Of a stretch of 64,000 nt of DNA, positions 60,200-64,000 are shown in pieces; positions within the stretch are counted from its first letter, which is position 1, and the number at the start of each line of letters is the position of its first letter. Origin of the DNA: Eledone cirrhosa (lineage: Eukaryota); NCBI GenBank assembly GCA_964016885.1, contig OZ024741.1, positions 285,510,001-285,574,000 on the forward strand, written 5' to 3'. The translations under genes were made by a program, and so were the position numbers. The notes under the pieces are model-generated. The model did no database searches, was not told the origin of the DNA, and saw only the letters and a program-made list of their open reading frames with translations.

Positions 60200-63100
60200 A
60201 TGGCTGTATTGAGAGTGGCTTGTCTAAATGCGCGTGGCCTGGGTTCATATTGGAAGCAAGCAAAACTTCTAAATTACCTCAGGTCACGCTGTATAAATGT
60301 GATGGTGATTTGCGAGGCCCGGATCAGCAGCGTGCGCCAGCTAGCCCCCACCTTTGACGACTTTGAGATGCACGCATCTCTCTGTCAGCCTGGATGTGGG
60401 GGTGGGGTTGTCGTTCTGCTGCAAAAACATCTGGGTCTCGCTACACAGACGGTACACCTGGACCGGGAGGGTCGACTGGTGGCTTTAGACGTTGGCACTG
60501 GTGAAGGCGGAGCCTTTACGCTGGTCGCCGCCTACGCCCCTTTTGGGTCAGCGCGGCCGGGCGTCTTCCAGCGTCTGGAGACTTTTCTAGGGACGTCCTG
60601 CTCCTTGCTTTTAGTGGGGGACTGGAAGGGTATCCTAGATGCACGTTGGGACTATGTAGGAGCATGTCCTGATAGAGGGAGTTGTAACAGCCTCCAAGAG
60701 GTTAATCGGCCGATTCGACCTGGCCGATAGATATCGACTAGATTTTCCGACTGTGCCAACCTGGACTTGGACAAACCGTAGCGGTCAATCTAGATCGTAC
60801 CTAGATAGGTTCTTAGTTAGAAATAAGGATAGGGAAATTTTAAGTTGTCCAGAAATGCCCATGGTTGGCTATTCAGACTACAAGTTAGTGACCTCCATGG
60901 TCAACCTTGATAGAACGCATAGACAGCGACCCGGTTACTGGAAGCTCAACTTGTCCTTACCGGCAAGTAAAGCCTACCGGATTAGTACATTAGTTAAGGA
61001 GCGGTTGACGGGCGCCATCGTCAACAGCAGGTGATGGGGCTCTCTCAAAAGAGAGATTAGAGTACCTTCAATAGGAGTTAGTAAGGAGTTAGCCTCAGAT
61101 AGAAATATGACGGAAAGGGAGTTGGTAGATAATGTAGAAGAGGCAATTAGAAGCGGCGACGTAGGCTTTACTTGCCGGTAAAGACAAGTTGAGCTTCCAG
61201 TAACCGGGTCGCTGTCTATGCGTTCTATCAAGGTTGACCATGGATGTCACTAACTTGTAGTCTGAATAGCCAACCATGGGCATTTCTGGACAACTTAAAA
61301 TTTCCCTACGCGAAACAAGAAGGCTGCGTTGTCCGAAGCAAAATACGTGCTCTGGGAAACGAGGGACCAAATCTGTTAGCTGGGCCCGCGTGACAGAAGC
61401 CAAAAGAGGGACTAGATCCACTATCCGGTCTTTACGAGACCAGGAGGGACGGGTGATCCTTGAACCTAAGCAGATGTGCGAGGTCTTTCAAAGGCAATTT
61501 GCCCGATTGTTCGGAAGGGACGAGGGGCCGGATGGGGATGTGGACCTCGGTCCATATCTCGACGGCCTGCCGCGTCTTTCGGAAGAGGAGTCGAAGTCCT
61601 GCGAGAGGCCGATCTCAGCTGCTGAAATAGGGGACGTGCTGAGCCAATGCGGCAGACGCAAATCTTCGGGCCTCGATGTTTCTTCCATACGAACTGTATT
61701 TAAGTATGCCGGACTTGTTCTTCGATCTCCTCGAAGCGGTCTACTGCAACTGGCAACAGAACGGGAGAATTCCCTGTTCTGTGACCAAGGGCGTAGTCTC
61801 GCTAGTGAGGAAGAACGAGAACAAGGGCAATGTAATAAGTAATTTTACGCCCATAACACTGCTAAATGCAGAGTTAAATATTTTGGCCAAGGTGTTAGCA
61901 AAGAGGTTGGCGCTTGTTCTGGGCAACCTGGTGGGATATGCGCATACATGCGCCATCCCGTCCAGGTCAATTCACGACAACCTCCTTCTCATGCGATACA
62001 TCATAGAGAGGGTTGGGAACGAACCTGGCTTTGGTGGGGCCCTGATCAACTTGGATCAATCTAAGGCGTTCGATAGGGTCGACCATCGTTACCTTGATGC
62101 GGTGCTAGCGGCGGCAGGCTTCGGCCCGTTTTCAGGGGCTGGATCACTGCCATGCACAGCAGTCGCATCTGCTCTAGGGTCAAGGTGAACGGCTACCTCT
62201 CGAAGCCGTTCGAAATCACGCGGTCCATCCGACAGGGATGCCCTCTCTCCTCCCTTCTGTATGTATTGGCCCTAGAGCCACTGTTGCGGAAGTTGGAGTT
62301 GTTACAGTGCATCCCTTTGGAACCGGGATTGCGGAAAGCGGTGTCGGCCTACGCCGATGACGTGACAGTAATAGTGTCAACCGCCTCGTAAATCGGAGTG
62401 ATCGGCACCTTACTGGAGGAATACGAAACGTTCACATGGGCTAAGCTGAATCTTGGCCAAGGGAAACGCTCACAAAAATGGAGCGCTCACTCTTCCGATT
62501 CCTTTGGAAGAAGCGGGCTCCTTTGGTAAGGAGATCCATCTGCTGTCAACACCCTTCGAAAGGAGGGCTGGGGTTGCCGTGGCTGCTGATGAGTAAACAT
62601 GCATTAAGGCTATGGCAGCTCCAGGTATTCCTCACCGGTCAACCGGTGTGGGTACCGTTTGTGTTGCCAGCCTTTCCGAGACGCATCTCGCTCACCGTGC
62701 TGCAGTCCTGGGTCAAGCAAAGACCGAGAAAACTGGGCGCCTGGCACACCGAGTGTGCCCAGGCGCTCACGGCTCTCTGGCAGGCGGATCCGACTATTGG
62801 TGGAGACTCCACCTCGTCATTCTATAGAGGGCTGGTGGTTAGTAGGTGCGACGACGCCCTCGGACAATCCCTACGACGCCCTCGGACAATGGAGGAAGAC
62901 GAACTGGCCAGCCTATTCGGGAGGACATAAAGCTCTACAGACACTGGCGCCCGGGTAGGGACCCTTCGAAAAGAATCTGTCCCAGACGCGTGCGCGACGA
63001 GGAAACCGTTGCGCACGCATTGGTACACTGCTCGGGCGTTGCCAATCTGTGGGGCTATATCGAACGACTGCTGTCACGGGTGGTACCAATCCGGTTTACC

Positions 63101-63394
63101 ACTGAGTCCATTGTAACGATCAAGCCGCCTCCCCCCTTCAAAAATGAAGGAGAGGCGGTCTTCCTCTGTGTAATAGCCATGGTGAAAGAGATGGTATGGT
63201 GGACACGTTTGAAATGGCTGAGGTCGGACACCTTTCTCTCCGGCCAACAACTGGTCCTTTTCTTTAAATACTATTTTAAGAGAAGGATCAGAATGGAGAG
63301 AGAGGTGCTCTACCCCAGCAAGTTTTATGAAAGGTGGGTGAAAGTAGCGAGAATGGCCCGTGTGAATGGGCCTTATCTCATTATCAGCCTGTAG
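60200..63394 (+). pseudogene. LINE ORF2 (APE endonuclease + RT), disrupted
   Basis: CLNARGL, YAP, LVGDW, TWTN..SRSYLDR, SDYK, YWKLN; PITLLN, LDQSKAFDRVDH, RQGCPLS, AYADD. Confidence 0.9.
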
Positions 63395-63640
63395 GTGGAA
63401 AGATGGCAGTGCAAAGGAGCACCCCCTCTCTGTGCTCCTAAGGAAAAGGGTTGCACACTTTTTCGGGGGTGTGTGTAACACCCAAAACGCCTCCTCCCTA
63501 TTGAGGACTGTATTGTTAATTTTATATTTATTTGTTTTTTTATTCGTTCCTTTATGTAAACTTCCCCCTTGTATTTGTCCTCTTCATGTGTGCCCTCGTG
63601 GCAAATAAATAGAAACTTATCTATCTATCGATCTATCTAC

Positions 63641-63671
<31 letters not shown>

Positions 63672-63672
<1 letters not shown>

Positions 63673-63733
63673 GTCAACTTCCCCATTTGTATTTGTCCCC
63701 TTCTTTTGTACCCCTGTGGCTAATAAAGAAACA
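63672..63733 (+). mobile_element. Short 3'-end copy of a related Tx1 element
   Basis: aacttcccc..tgtatttgtcc..gtggc.aataaa.gaaac matches 63559-63616; (TATC)n on both sides. Confidence 0.75.
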
Positions 63734-63784
<51 letters not shown>

Positions 63785-63805
63785 TTATCTATCTATCTAT
63801 CTACC

Positions 63806-64000
63806 AGACGCGTGTAACTTCGCGGAGAAGTTTCCGTTATTTTATGTAAGAAAATACGTGTTTTCAGTTAAATTTTATATTATTGTGTAACTTGACCCTC
63901 CGTCTGGATTTTCAGGTGGTGGGTCAACTCATTTTCGCCCCTACAGGGACGAAATATTCGTTTGTAATATTTTTTCTCCATCGAATTTTGGAAAAAATAT
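63806..64000 (+). mobile_element. Probable 5' UTR of the next related Tx1 element
   Basis: agac..gtgt.acttcg and cctcc.(c)gtctgga.tt.cag resemble 58002-58116. Confidence 0.55.

Larger units (their letters stand above)
57993..63616 (+). mobile_element. Near full-length Tx1/L1-clade LINE in a (TATC)n array
   Basis: ORF1 with CCHC knuckle; ORF2 APE-RT-Cys motif; (CTAT)n on both flanks. Confidence 0.92.

Overview
Eukaryotic, very AT-rich, microsatellite-saturated DNA. The repeat repertoire suggests a coleoid cephalopod such as Octopus (inference). I found no host protein-coding exon I can support; nearly all ORFs in the track are (TA)n/(CA)n artefacts. Supportable content: a decayed Penelope-like element (PLE; RT + GIY-YIG, 5932-9257) with an inverted pseudo-LTR, Tx1/L1-clade LINEs (28559-30804 minus; 57993-63616 plus, near full length, in a (TATC)n array), an R4/Dong-clade RLE LINE (31795-35392), RTE fragments, two near-identical non-autonomous Helitrons, many tRNA-derived SINEs and a 200-N gap. 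The main unexplained structure is about a dozen unrelated short sequence families sitting in (TA)n tracts. Most form head-to-head inverted repeats (50 bp to 2.3 kb) with one arm longer by a tail, and many carry a hammerhead-ribozyme (HHR) core (CUGANGA-stem II-GAAA-stem III-NUH), including U3-A8 and U4A core variants. Two of these families are physically linked to PLE ORF sequence, so I read them as heavily 5'-truncated PLE insertions that nest in, and apparently co-mobilise, one another. All pairings were read by eye; nothing was folded or searched computationally.
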